Shown here in pieces: positions 1 to 10,879 of a stretch of DNA of 33,371 bases (position 1 is the first letter of the stretch; each line of letters starts with the position of its first letter). The notes under the pieces are model-generated. The model made no database searches. It saw nothing but the letters and a program-made list of their open reading frames with translations, and had not been told where the DNA came from. Location of the stretch: assembly GCF_001194135.2 (NCBI RefSeq), contig NC_068992.1, positions 45,244,164-45,277,534 of the forward strand, written 5' to 3'. Position numbers and translations under genes: made by a program. This DNA comes from Octopus bimaculoides. Taxonomy: Eukaryota.

Positions 1-170
1 ACATGTGTGTGCATGTGTGTCTGTAAATATACAAACATACATACATAAATACATACATACATACATAAATACATACATACATTCATTTAATGTATGTATA
101 TATGTATGCATGTATGTATATATGTATGTATGTATGTATGTATCTATATGTATGTAATCTATATGTATAT
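1..170. repeat. (TACA)n/(TATG)n microsatellite
   Basis: Direct reading: acatacatac... followed by tatgtatgta... Confidence 0.95.
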
Positions 171-172
171 TC

Positions 173-546
173 CAAATAAGACATAGAATGAGTTTAGCAC
201 ATCTTTAATGACTAGTCAAAATTGTTTTGGTACTGTTCTGTTTTTAATGCTGTTACTCACAAGAGTTTCATGTGAAAAGTTAACGTAGTATTTGCTGTTT
301 TAAACATTAGATTGTCACTTCATCAAACTTGAATCAAAACGTTTGCTCTTTTATTATACACAATGTAAGAGAGCACCTTTTGATTCAAGTTTGGTAAAGT
401 GCCATCCTATTGTTTAAAATCACAAATATTATGTAACTTTCCACACGGAACTTTTGCGAGCAATGGCGTTAAAAACAGAATGGCACCAAAACAGTTTCAA
501 CTGGTCATTAAACGTGTGCTAAACTCTTTCTTTGTTTTCTTATTTG
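173..546. mobile_element. 374-bp imperfect palindrome, probable MITE/foldback element
   Basis: Left arm CAAATAAG..TTAATGACTAGTCAAAATTGTTTTGG..AAACTTGAATCAAAA pairs with right arm TTTTGATTCAAGTTT..CCAAAACAGTTTCAACTGGTCATTAA..CTTATTTG; centre about 355-363; mismatches mostly transitions. Confidence 0.8.
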
Positions 547-569
547 TATTATGTTTTACTCTTCATTAG

Positions 570-960
570 TCAAGTGAGACCATGGCCCATAGCCTATTCC
601 AGTGGGTGTAACCAGCCTAGTTATGAATGCCCCCCATTCACTGGACAATAAACTTTGCTTGCGAAGACCTATTGAGGCAAGTGAAAACAAATCAAAATTG
701 CTGATATGGCTGATGACAGTGCCACCTGATTGGCACTTGGGCCAGTGGAACGTTAAAAGCGCATCTGAGCGTGATCATTGCACATAAAAGTACCCATTAC
801 ACTCTCAGAGTGGTTGGCATTAGGAAGGGCATCCAGCTCTTGAAAACCATGCCAAATCAGACTGGAGCCTTCCAGCTTACCAGCTTTGGCCAAACTGTCC
901 AACTCATGCCAGCATGGACAACGGATGTTAAATGATAATGATGATGATGATGATGATGAT
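570..960 (+). mobile_element. Retroposon 3' part (RTE-type tail) ending in (GAT)n
   Basis: TGGTTGGCATTAGGAAGGGCATCCAG...CATGCCAGCATGGACAACGGATGTTAAATGAT(GAT)n is a 3' end I recall from RTE-related octopus repeats. Confidence 0.7.
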
Positions 961-1526
961 GCCAGAGATTATGCATGGACAGAATGCTGCAATTTCATTA
1001 GAAATCATTGATGTGAGCATGTATGGCAAAAGTGAAGCAAACAGATGTTAAGCTTTGCTTAGCAGAGAAATATGGCATTGCACCACCTATTACTTAAGCT
1101 ATACAGAAGTTCTGCATTAACATCAACCTGATGGCATAAAAAGACTTTTCCATTATTGCATATATGCTGGTATGTTGTAATCATGTATAAAATGATATCC
1201 TGAAACTAAATGTTGAAAATGAGAGTAAAAATGTTAATCCCTGGTATAAAACAACTTTACATTTAACAAAATTGTTTGCTAAGTTAGTTTCAGACGTGGG
1301 AAGAAGTCTTTTTTAACTTTTTATAGACATGAAGGAATATAACTTGATATTAAACTTGCTCTGGGCTGGTGCTGCCATATTCAATACTTAAAGCAAAGAA
1401 TATATGAAAATACCGAACAAATATATTATTCTTGAAAAAAGTATTACCAAAGGCATCATACCTGCACACACATGTACAAACACATACATATTCTTCAATG
1501 TACATATACATACTTCCATATATGTA

Positions 1527-1560
<34 letters not shown>

Positions 1561-1941
1561 NNNNNNNNNNNNNNNNNNNNNNNNNNNNNNNNNNNNNNNN
1601 NNNNNNNNNNNNNNNNNNNNNNNNNNNNNNNNNNNNNNNNNNNNNNNNNNNNNNNNNNNNNNNNNNNNNNNNNNNNNNNNNNNNNNNNNNNNNNNNNNNN
1701 NNNNNNNNNNNNNNNNNNNNNNNNNNNNNNNNNNNNNNNNNNNNNNNNNNNNNNNNNNNNNNNNNNNNNNNNNNNNNNNNNNNNNNNNNNNNNNNNNNNN
1801 NNNNNNNNNNNNNNNNNNNNNNNNNNNNNNNNNNNNNNNNNNNNNNNNNNNNNNNNNNNNNNNNNNNNNNNNNNNNNNNNNNNNNNNNNNNNNNNNNNNN
1901 NNNNNNNNNNNNNNNNNNNNNNNNNNNNNNNNNNNNNNNNN
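1561..1941. other. Assembly gap (others at 5532-5889, 6205-6214, 6845-7302, 13396-13550, 21974-22127, 26212-26221)
   Basis: Runs of N, mostly flanked by (TA)n, (CA)n, (TG)n or (CT)n. Confidence 1.
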
Positions 1942-2021
<80 letters not shown>

Positions 2022-2494
2022 AGTTGTCAGCTTCAAAATATTCTGTTGAGTCACAAACTTATAGAATGGTCATACCACACAATAATTCAGTCTGTATTCT
2101 TATTATAATCCTTTACTTTTAATGTATTCTAATTTTAATCCTTATTTTTACTTCACATCTAGTGTGAATTTTTAGTTTACTGATACAAAAGAAATGTGTG
2201 AAATTGGGTTATTGGTGTAAAGGTATAATTAATTACACAGAAATAACAGATTTTACACACTTCTGGTTAAGTGTTTACTGAAAGCCTATGCTACTTGTAC
2301 GAGTAGATAACACAGATATCTTATATCTATGCACGTGTATATATGCATATCACCATCATCATTATTATCGTCACCATTTAACATATTTTCCAAGTTGTTT
2401 CATTAGTATTATTATAAAAAAAACAAAAACCAGCAAGCTCACACACATGCAAAGGACTCTTGACATATCATAATTAAGTGTCAACGTTTTCCAG

Positions 2495-2539
2495 AAGGCG
2501 GACACTATCAGAAACATTGAATCTTCCACTCCCCATGGA
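2495..2539 (+). CDS. Weak candidate 45-nt internal exon (RRTLSETLNLPLPM or KADTIRNIESSTPHG)
   Basis: ttttccag|AAGGCGG...CATGGA|gtaaat; two open frames; no recognised homology. Confidence 0.2.
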
Positions 2540-3119
2540 GTAAATAACTTGTAAATATGAAATGATTGTAGAATATTCAATATTATTTAGTCTGCTCAGA
2601 AATTTCTGTTATTTATTCAATTATACAAAATAACAAAGGATTGGGGAACTAGGATTGTTTTTCTAAAGCTAAGAAATATTTTGAAGGAATGAATTAGGGT
2701 CAGTACAATTCACGTTACATTTCTGAGAGGGTCTGTTGTGAGAGCATTTATACTGTGACTTTCCGTATGTCTTAATTTATTGAAATAATGTCTTGGTTGG
2801 CATTGTACATTTCTGCTTGGAATTTTGTATACAATGATGGAGTAAATAGAAAAAAATATCTCTCCTGAAAGAAGACAGTATAAAGAATGAAGCTGAGCAG
2901 ACAGACAGCCTTTAGCTTATCACTGTTAACAACAACAGCTATAACAACAACAATTGTACCTTTAGTACACGAGAAGAGAGAATTATGGGAAATATCTCAG
3001 TATAATGGTCTGGAAACATTCAACAAGAGAATGGAAATATGATCTGGAGACTGTTTTTGAGAAAAGGAGAAATGAAATATTGTGTAGAATTGTAAGGGAG
3101 TTAGAAAAGTTTATACTCT

Positions 3120-3509
3120 TATCACCACCACCATCATCATTAAGTGGCAATGGTGATAATGATGGTAGTGGTGGTGGTGGTGGTGGTGGTGGTGATTGTG
3201 GTTATGGTGTTACAAGGGAAATTCTGAAACTAGTGTTATTGATATATAATAGAGAAAAGGATAGAGTGGGAGGCGAGATTAGCAAAGACAATATAACAAT
3301 GGCAACAACAACCACCACAAAAGCAGCAGCAGTAGCAGCAGCAGCAGCAACAACAACAACAGCAATAAATGGCTAAGAAAAGGCTAAGAAAAGGAAAAAA
3401 AATGATAAAGGTTGATGATGATGATGATGATAATGACAATGACGACAACAGCGATGATGATGATGTGTATTCTGTTAATGATAATGTTGATGATGATGAT
3501 GTGGGTGAT

Positions 3510-3542
<33 letters not shown>

Positions 3543-3885
3543 GTCATTATTATCATCATCCTCACCATAATTATTATTGTAATGATAATACAGACAATTC
3601 TGCTGAAGTATTGATAATGATGAACGTGATGTTGGTGGTGGTGGTGGTGGTGGTAGTGGAAATGGTAATGATGATGATGATGATGAGAATGGTGATGAAC
3701 ACGACAGGAACAACAAGAGAATACAAAAACTGAAGCAGCAGAAGCAACAACAACAAAGATACAACAGAGAGACAGTGATGAAAAGGAAAAGGAAATTTAA
3801 TAATAATAATGAGGAGGAGGAGAGGAGAAGAGGAAGAAGAAGAATGTTATGATGATGATGATAATGATGATGATAAAAGCCGTGT
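3120..3885. repeat. Compound trinucleotide block (GGT, CAA, GCA, GAT, CAT, AAT, GAG)
   Basis: Direct reading; source of the poly-G/A/T/D/I ORFs in the track. Confidence 0.95.
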
Positions 3886-4285
3886 GATATGAATGAAATG
3901 AGTGAAGACTAAAGTCTTGGAGAGAATCGATTCTAACAAGTTCAACAATGAGGCCAGAAAGTTATCTTGGAATTCTTCAATTTCTTCAAGAAGATATTCT
4001 ATATAAGTTGGTCAAGAGAAGACAGAAAAATACTAAACTGTTCTGTTAATACTTCTAAAAATTGGAAGCATTGGCATGGTAGGTAACAACAGCAGTGGTG
4101 GTGGTAGTAGTTGTAGTAGTGGTGGTGGTTGTGGTTGTCATAGCAGCAGGCATATTGAACTTACCTCTTTCGCACATGCACATCTAGTCATCCTTATGAA
4201 GTTAGACTCATCACATGACATTATTATTTATTTAGTAAACACTAAACATTATCATTGTTTTTAATTTCATGTGTGTGTGTATGTA

Positions 4286-4492
4286 CGTGAGGGTGCTGAA
4301 AAGTTCCTGGCTTTCAGGGTCTCTTGAAAGGCCTGGCTGGAGGCCCAACCTTCTGAGTTCTTCGGCAGGGCTTAGAAAAACTGAAGGACCACTGAAATAT
4401 GCAATATGTCTGAATTTGAGGGTGGAATATGATAAATGAAATCCTCTTGTATTTACTTATACTCAAAAGCAGGAACTTTTCAGTGGCCCCTC

Positions 4493-4495
<3 letters not shown>
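4286..4495 (+). mobile_element. Non-autonomous mariner (Tc1/mariner) derivative, 210 bp
   Basis: TA|CGTGAGGGTGCTGAAAAGTTCCTGGCTTT ... AAAAGCAGGAACTTTTCAGTGGCCCCTCATG|TA terminal inverted repeats with TA target sites; interior resembles a decayed transposase C-terminus (G-L-EKL...GEYVE*-like). Confidence 0.85.

Positions 4496-4577
<82 letters not shown>
4496..4577. repeat. (TA)n microsatellite starting at the mariner TA target site
   Basis: Direct reading. Confidence 0.95.
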
Positions 4578-4586
<9 letters not shown>

Positions 4587-4849
4587 ACACACACACACAC
4601 ACACAAGCGCGCGCGCATATATACTCACACGCACACACAGACATACATTTCTGTGAGGGGCAATGAAAATACAATACCAGTAATATGATACTAAGAATTG
4701 ATTCAACTAACCCTGCCACTTCCCAATAGCTTTGGGCCAATATAAGAAACCATTGTTATTCCTTATTGAGTTAAAATCTTGTCACTGCCAAATTTCTCTT
4801 CTATCTTATCTGGTGTTAATAAATTAAATATTAACCAACTACTCTGCCA

Positions 4850-5065
4850 AGCGATAAGCTAGCAGACTTGTTAGTGTGACTGTCAAAATACTTAGTGGTA
4901 TTTCTTCTGATTCGTTGCATTCTGAGTTCAAATCTTATTGAGGTCAGTTTTGCCTTTCATCATTTTGACAGTTCATGAAATAAAGTATTGTGGAAGATTT
5001 GATCCATTTTCCCCCTCCACTCAAAATTGCTGGCCTTGTTAAGATTAGAAACAATATTTTGTGAC
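4850..5065 (+). mobile_element. Degenerate tRNA-derived SINE (family A)
   Basis: B-box-like TCTGAGTTCAAATC followed by the family block TTTGCCTTTCATC. Confidence 0.75.
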
Positions 5066-5298
5066 CTTGTACCTTTCCTAAATCATTTTGATGATCCATA
5101 TATATGCTAATGAGGTCAATCAAGAGCTGAGGTGAACCATCATTATAGATTGAGAAGGGAGGGTCAGTTTGAGTTCTGTCACTTGGCATCAAACCATTTC
5201 TTATTTCTCTTTATGTAAATTATTTGTGTGTGTGTGTGTGTGTAGGATCATGATGTTACTGCATATTTGGCAATCTATGTACCTCTGCATATCATTCT

Positions 5299-5531
5299 TA
5301 TTTCTTTATTGCCCACAAGGGGCTAAACATAGAGAGGACAAACAAGGAGAGACAAAGGGATTAAGTCGATTACACCGACTCCATTGCGTAACTGGTACTT
5401 ATTTAATCGACCCTGAAAGGATGAAAGGCTAAGTCGACCTCGGCGGAGTTTGAACTCAGAACGTAAAGACAGACGAAATACCGCTAAGCATTTCACCCAG
5501 CATGCTAATGTTTCTGCCAGCTCACTACCTA
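5299..5531 (-). mobile_element. Near full-length tRNA-derived SINE (family A)
   Basis: Reverse complement reads GAGCTGGCAGAAAC..TTCTGAGTTCAAACTCCGCCGAGGTCGACTTAGCCTTTCATCCTTTCAGGGTCGATT..; matches the copy at 29484-29693. Confidence 0.9.
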
Positions 5532-6844
5532 NNNNNNNNNNNNNNNNNNNNNNNNNNNNNNNNNNNNNNNNNNNNNNNNNNNNNNNNNNNNNNNNNNNNN
5601 NNNNNNNNNNNNNNNNNNNNNNNNNNNNNNNNNNNNNNNNNNNNNNNNNNNNNNNNNNNNNNNNNNNNNNNNNNNNNNNNNNNNNNNNNNNNNNNNNNNN
5701 NNNNNNNNNNNNNNNNNNNNNNNNNNNNNNNNNNNNNNNNNNNNNNNNNNNNNNNNNNNNNNNNNNNNNNNNNNNNNNNNNNNNNNNNNNNNNNNNNNNN
5801 NNNNNNNNNNNNNNNNNNNNNNNNNNNNNNNNNNNNNNNNNNNNNNNNNNNNNNNNNNNNNNNNNNNNNNNNNNNNNNNNNNNNNNNNNACATGCCCATG
5901 GGTTTGTCAGTCGGCATATGTGTTTATGTGTGTTAGTTTATAGTCAGCATCAGTCTCAAAGTGGACTGCTTTCTTCCACAGTCCCTTATACATTGCGTAT
6001 GTCACAGGCTAACACAACTGCAGCCATCAATCATTACAGACAACCCTATTTTTACATTCCAAACAGTCCTTATTAACATATGACTATGTTTCTAGGTTTA
6101 TTTTATATTTCTTCATTTCCTTCCTACTTTCCCATTTCAATCACACACACACACACACACGCACACATGTATGTACTACCTACATATACGTATGTATATA
6201 TGTGNNNNNNNNNNAAATACCGCTAAGCATTTCACCCAGCATGCTAATGTTTCTGCCAGCTCACTACCTAAGTCACACACTCTGATATACTTCTGTATAT
6301 CATTCTGTGACAATGAGTGTATGCATGACAGTTCATATAATAATGTATGTTTGTGTTATAACGGGCTGGTTTGTATTTGTTTAGAATCTTGTATATTTCT
6401 GAGTGTGATTATATATCTGTTTGTGTGACAATATATGTGTACGAAACTGTTTGTTTCTCTATCCTTGACATTGTTTGTTTCTGTGTGTGTGGTGCATATG
6501 ACAATGTGCATATTTGTGTTTGAGTGTGAGCATAGAACAATGTGCATATGTTTCTGTGCATGTGAGATTTCCCATATACATGCCCATGGGTTTGTCAGTC
6601 GGCATATGTGTTTATGTGTGTTAGTTTATAGTCAGCATCAGTCTCAAAGTGGACTGCTTTCTTCCACAGTCCCTTATACATTGCGTATGTCACAGGCTAA
6701 CACAACTGCAGCCATCAATCATTACAGACAACCCTATTTTTACATTCCAAACAGTCCTTATTAACATATGACTATGTTTCTAGGTTTATTTTATATTTCT
6801 TCATTTCCTTCCTACTTTCCCATTTCAATCACACACACACACAC
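5476..6844. repeat. Direct duplication across gaps (5476-5531 = 6215-6270; 5890-6156 = 6578-6844), probable assembly artefact
   Basis: Copies look identical by eye and are bounded by N runs; the 358-N gap corresponds to 307 real bases (6271-6577) in the second copy. Confidence 0.85.
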
Positions 6845-7471
6845 NNNNNNNNNNNNNNNNNNNNNNNNNNNNNNNNNNNNNNNNNNNNNNNNNNNNNNNN
6901 NNNNNNNNNNNNNNNNNNNNNNNNNNNNNNNNNNNNNNNNNNNNNNNNNNNNNNNNNNNNNNNNNNNNNNNNNNNNNNNNNNNNNNNNNNNNNNNNNNNN
7001 NNNNNNNNNNNNNNNNNNNNNNNNNNNNNNNNNNNNNNNNNNNNNNNNNNNNNNNNNNNNNNNNNNNNNNNNNNNNNNNNNNNNNNNNNNNNNNNNNNNN
7101 NNNNNNNNNNNNNNNNNNNNNNNNNNNNNNNNNNNNNNNNNNNNNNNNNNNNNNNNNNNNNNNNNNNNNNNNNNNNNNNNNNNNNNNNNNNNNNNNNNNN
7201 NNNNNNNNNNNNNNNNNNNNNNNNNNNNNNNNNNNNNNNNNNNNNNNNNNNNNNNNNNNNNNNNNNNNNNNNNNNNNNNNNNNNNNNNNNNNNNNNNNNN
7301 NNACACACATATATATATATTTCTATTTTATATATATATATACAAGAAAATCTATATCTATCTATCTATCTATCTATCTATATATTCCTACTTTTTTATC
7401 TAAGATATCATTTTATCAAATGGACAGCTTCTTCAATGAATGAATCACAGACATTCCTTTATAATGCATGG

Positions 7472-7668
7472 TCAGTAGGTGTTTGTCATTGTGGCTGAGA
7501 TGGTAGAATATTGGCCAAGATCATTTGGAATATTTAGATCCATCCCTCTAAATTTCTGTTGAAATTCTGCAATGGTTGTCTTTACATTTTTACACTTCAC
7601 CCCATTAAGGTCACAGAAGTCAAATACCAGTAATGTACTGGAGTCAAAGGAATCAAACAAATTTCTGT
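7472..7668 (-). CDS. Candidate terminal coding exon of an unidentified gene (..RNLFDSFDSSTLLVFDFCDLNGVKCKNVKTTIAEFQQKFRGMDLNIPNDLGQYSTISATMTNTY*)
   Basis: About 64 open codons of non-repetitive protein-like sequence in AT-rich DNA; possible acceptors ttttgtcccaaag|ACAG (7668) or ..aaagacag|AAAT (7664); no homology recognised. Confidence 0.4.
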
Positions 7669-7821
7669 CTTTGGGACAAAACTAAACAACATATTACTTT
7701 AGGTATATATTTTATATATATATATTTTCTCCTATTATATATTGAAATCTGATGTATATATCTAAACGCTTTACCTTTGCTACAGTATCATATATTTTAG
7801 GCACCGCTAGTAGATAAAGAA

Positions 7822-8250
7822 ATTATTATTATTATTATGATAACTACTATGCACCCTGCAACTTAGAAAGACATTGCTTTTCTCAACACATGAGCTGTTC
7901 CAAATATTGTTGCCAATGAAATACCTCCTATGAAATTTGGTATTTACAGATTTTGAGGTCAGAATATTGCTTACTTTGAGATGGTCAATAGTCTCATGTG
8001 CACCGACCATATTAGGTACTACACTCAATATTTGAGATTCTGTGGATGTGTTTAACATCCGATGCAATGTCTTGGTACTTCCTGACTTTCTCATCTTCTG
8101 TCTTCACAATATTCTGGTCTGCACGTATAGCTACATAGATGAAGGACCATTATTTGACCAGTGATATCTGGTCGGTTATGTTGCAACTTCTTATTCATAT
8201 ATATATAGGTATATCCCATGTGAGTTTCAACTATCATTCTCTGCTGCTGG
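7822..8250 (-). mobile_element. 3' fragment of a Dong/R4-type non-LTR retrotransposon (RLE domain) with (TAA)n tail
   Basis: Frameshifted translation ENDS*KLTWD..KKLQHNRPDIT..FIYVAIRADQNIVKTEDEKVRKYQDIASDVK..VVPNMVGA..GTAHVLRK, the PD..D..EK..KY restriction-like endonuclease signature; ends in (TAA)5. Confidence 0.85.
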
Positions 8251-8294
8251 CAAAGGTTCGTGGACATACCACTTGTTGAAACATTCTAGCTGAT

Positions 8295-8660
8295 CATCCA
8301 AACCACGTGGTTTTGGGTTTGGTCCCACTATGCAGTACCATGGGCAAGTATCTTCTATTATAGCCTTGGACTGAGCAAAGCCTTGTGAGTGAATTTAGTA
8401 GATAGAAACTAAAAGAAGCCCATCATAAATATGTAGGTGTGTGTGTGTGTGTGTGTTTGTCCTGCATAATCACTTGACAACTGTTGTTGGTGTGTTTATA
8501 TCCCCATAACATACTAGTTCAGCAAAAGTGATCAACAGAATAAGAGCCAGGCATTAAAAATAAGTGCAAGGGTTGATTAATTTGACTACAAAAATCTTCA
8601 AAGTGGTGTCCCAGCATGGCCACAGTATAATGATTGAAATAAGTAAGAGAAGATAAAAGA
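8295..8660 (+). mobile_element. Old, CpG-decayed copy of composite SINE family B
   Basis: GGGCAAGTATCTTCTATTATAGCC..CCTTGTGAGTGAATTTAGTAGA..internal (TG)n..CCAGCATGGCCACAGT..TGATTGAAATAAGTAAGAG; aligns with 11198-11589. Confidence 0.85.
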
Positions 8661-8807
8661 AGAAATGGTTTATCGAAGAAAAATCTTTGACAACTGCGCC
8701 TAAAAACAGAATATAAATGAGAGTATTTTATATCAAGACATGCAGAATTTTAATGGAAAGAATAATGACTTCTTTTGGTGATAATGACAAGCGAGTGTAC
8801 TTTTAGT

Positions 8808-8887
8808 TACTTGCCTAGCAACAACAACAAATGCTACTTGCCTAGCAACAACAACAAATGCTACTTGCCTAGCAACAACAACAAATG
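8808..8887. repeat. 27-bp tandem repeat, 3 copies (TACTTGCCTAGCAACAACAACAAATGC)
   Basis: Units start at 8808, 8835 and 8862; identical except the last base of unit 3. Confidence 0.95.
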
Positions 8888-9124
8888 TGAAGGAAAATTT
8901 CAACAAAGAAAACAATATCACCACAACCAAGGAGGTTTCCTGCCTAACATCAACAACAACAACAACAAACTGATCTCTTACGATAACTTCATCACCACCA
9001 CTGCAACCACCACCGCCACTACCACCACCACTACCACCACCAACACCACCGCCACTGCCACCGCCACTGCCACCGCCACTACCACCACCACCACCACCAT
9101 CACCACCACCAGCATCATAGGGTG

Positions 9125-9585
9125 CCGGATGTAAGGATTGTTTGGGGTCTGGTTTGGTCTGGGCCTCCAGGTGGACAAGAACTGGAGGACAGTGGTGAGT
9201 AGTGTGGCAAGCCATAACCAGAAATGGGCAAGGAGGAAGCTGTCTCTAAAAGGTTGGGAAGAGGTGGTGAATGCATCCATTGCTTCTGTCATCTGCCACT
9301 GACTGGTCATTGTCCTTTGCCCATCTTTGTAGCTTGAGCACTTGCTCTTCCATTTTTTCTGGAAGGGAACTGTCAGACAGACTCTCTGCTATCAGGAGTC
9401 GCTGAGTAGAAGACTGGGAATGCCATGGTTAATAATGTGCAGATATGCACTGAGACTGCAATACTTACAGCATTTTTTAATAGCAAGCAGATGTGGTCAC
9501 CGTTTGTCAGAGAGGATTTTTCCACAGCTCATCTAATTGATGGAACTACAGTCCTCAATTAAGCCTACATCAACTTCTTCAACTT
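9125..9585 (+). mobile_element. Decayed L1/Tx1-clade LINE ORF2 fragment (post-RT region)
   Basis: Translation LQVDKNWRTVVSSVASHNQKWARRKLSLKGWEEVVNASIASVI..LEHLLFHFFWKG..LGMPWL..YALRLQYL resembles the L1/Tx1 W..R.LSL.GR..FLWKG..GGLG..L region; contains stops. Confidence 0.85.
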
Positions 9586-9586
9586 C

Positions 9587-9694
9587 TTCGACAATGCCTT
9601 CAGGTTTGTGGTCGTACCAATTTCTTGCTCTGTCAAGTCCATACTTGTTGCAAAGTGTCCAATGGACAAGCCTGGCTATATTGTCGTGGCGTCT
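9587..9694 (-). mobile_element. Dong/R4-type retrotransposon fragment (region just after the CCHC knuckle)
   Basis: Translation RRHDNIARLVHWTLCNKYGLDRARNWYDHKPEGIVE (RH(D/N) motif); abuts (ATT)n at 9696-9760. Confidence 0.85.
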
Positions 9695-9706
9695 TTATTA
9701 TTATTA

Positions 9707-9761
<55 letters not shown>

Positions 9762-9839
9762 TTGATAATCTTAGAGAAAGGGAAATGAAGATTTATAACA
9801 GTTTGAGAAGATATCTAAGGAATCAAAGTTTTACTCTAT

Positions 9840-10140
9840 AAAGTGGATATTATATGATAAATTGTATATCACACAGTGTTGTTGAGAGAATCTGATAATT
9901 AAGTAGAATCATACAATAAATTGTCATAGAGAATAACAATATATGATAAATGATATATTTAATGGGTATATAACAGAGATAATTGTATTGCATAATAAAA
10001 GGATAAAATGAAGTTGAATAAATGAAGAATATTTCATAATTGAGTGTTTCGTATAGGTTAAAGTACAGTGTAATTGTGTTATAGATAAATGGTTATATTA
10101 AAATTAGTGTATTGAATGTGCTTTAGATTGCATTTTATTA
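9840..10140. repeat. Highly degenerate A/T-rich satellite with about 5-bp period
   Basis: Recurrent tgtaa/ataga/tgata/tatag-like pentamers. Confidence 0.5.
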
Positions 10141-10364
10141 ACCTCTTGTTATTTCTGCTGGGTTGGAAAGGTTTGTAAATATACATGTATCAATCATGGC
10201 GTTGTTGTCTAAGCAGGGTTTATTTGTAGTTTGCGGTCAATGATCATGTTTTAGCTTGTTAACTCTTTATGTTTTACTGGCATTTCCAAGACAACGAGAT
10301 GGTTGAGTGTCAAACACGTAGAAACAAATAATTAATCACTTTAACAGTACTTAGCAATGGTTGA

Positions 10365-10560
10365 CTATTTGTTATTTAGTCTCAGCTCATCCTTAATCTA
10401 ACAGAACTTTGATGACAGACATTCCAGTTATGACCGTCTTGTCTTACAGGTGTAGTGAACTACATTATCTAATGTATCCTTCTCTTTTAATGTCAGGGGA
10501 GTGTGATTTGAGGGAAATTTGGCTGCTAATTCTGGCAGGACAAGCAACTGTCAGGAGGCT
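10365..10560 (+). mobile_element. Interspersed repeat (family C); second copy at about 11600-11760
   Basis: Shared GACATTCCAGTTATGACC..GTGTGATTTGAGGGAAATTTGGCTGCTAATTCTGGCAG vs GACAATCCTGTGATGGTC..GTGTGACTTGAGGGAGAATTGGTTGCTATTTCTAG. Confidence 0.6.
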
Positions 10561-10879
10561 TAATATTTCATGAATATTGTTATCCAGTGTTATTTAGCCC
10601 TAGGTCAACCCTCATTGAATAGATGACTCAGTTTCATCAATGAATAATATTCACATGATCAGTCAATAAATTACATGTCAATGAATTACTAGGTGGCTGA
10701 GTATTCCGCATATACTTGTACTTTTAAAGTAATTTTCAAGTAGACTCAGGGGCTACAGTGTGTCAATGACTGCACCATTGAATTACTGGTACAATTCATC
10801 TAATGGGCTTCTACACATTTTCTGACTGTCCTGATTTCACCCACAAGGTTTGGCTTGACCGAAGGCTGAGGTCAGTAGT

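Noticed and set aside
1294-1400. Possible exons in either orientation (MKEYNLILNLLWAGAAIFNT* on +, LNMAAPAQSKFNIKLYSFMSIKS* on -)
   Set aside because: Short, both strands equally plausible, no donor and no homology
2720-2866. Strong minus-strand acceptor (ttctttatactgtcttctttcag) with about 49 open codons
   Set aside because: Weak donor, and it lies in a region that looks like a decayed retroelement; not distinguishable from chance
3885-4070. About 60-codon amphipathic open frame on the minus strand (LIEYLLEEIEEFQDNFLASLLNLLESIL)
   Set aside because: No start and no good donor; resembles other decayed repeat-derived frames at 15318 and 24970
5072-5175. Minus-strand frame TQTDPPFSIYNDGSPQLLIDLISIYMDHQNDLGK with AAG|gtac donor
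   Set aside because: No polypyrimidine tract upstream; wedged between two SINEs
6050-6062. ACATTCCA (miR-1 8mer site; the reverse complement matches the miR-1 5' end)
   Set aside because: Expected by chance; no precursor hairpin, and no other conserved miRNA recognised in the window
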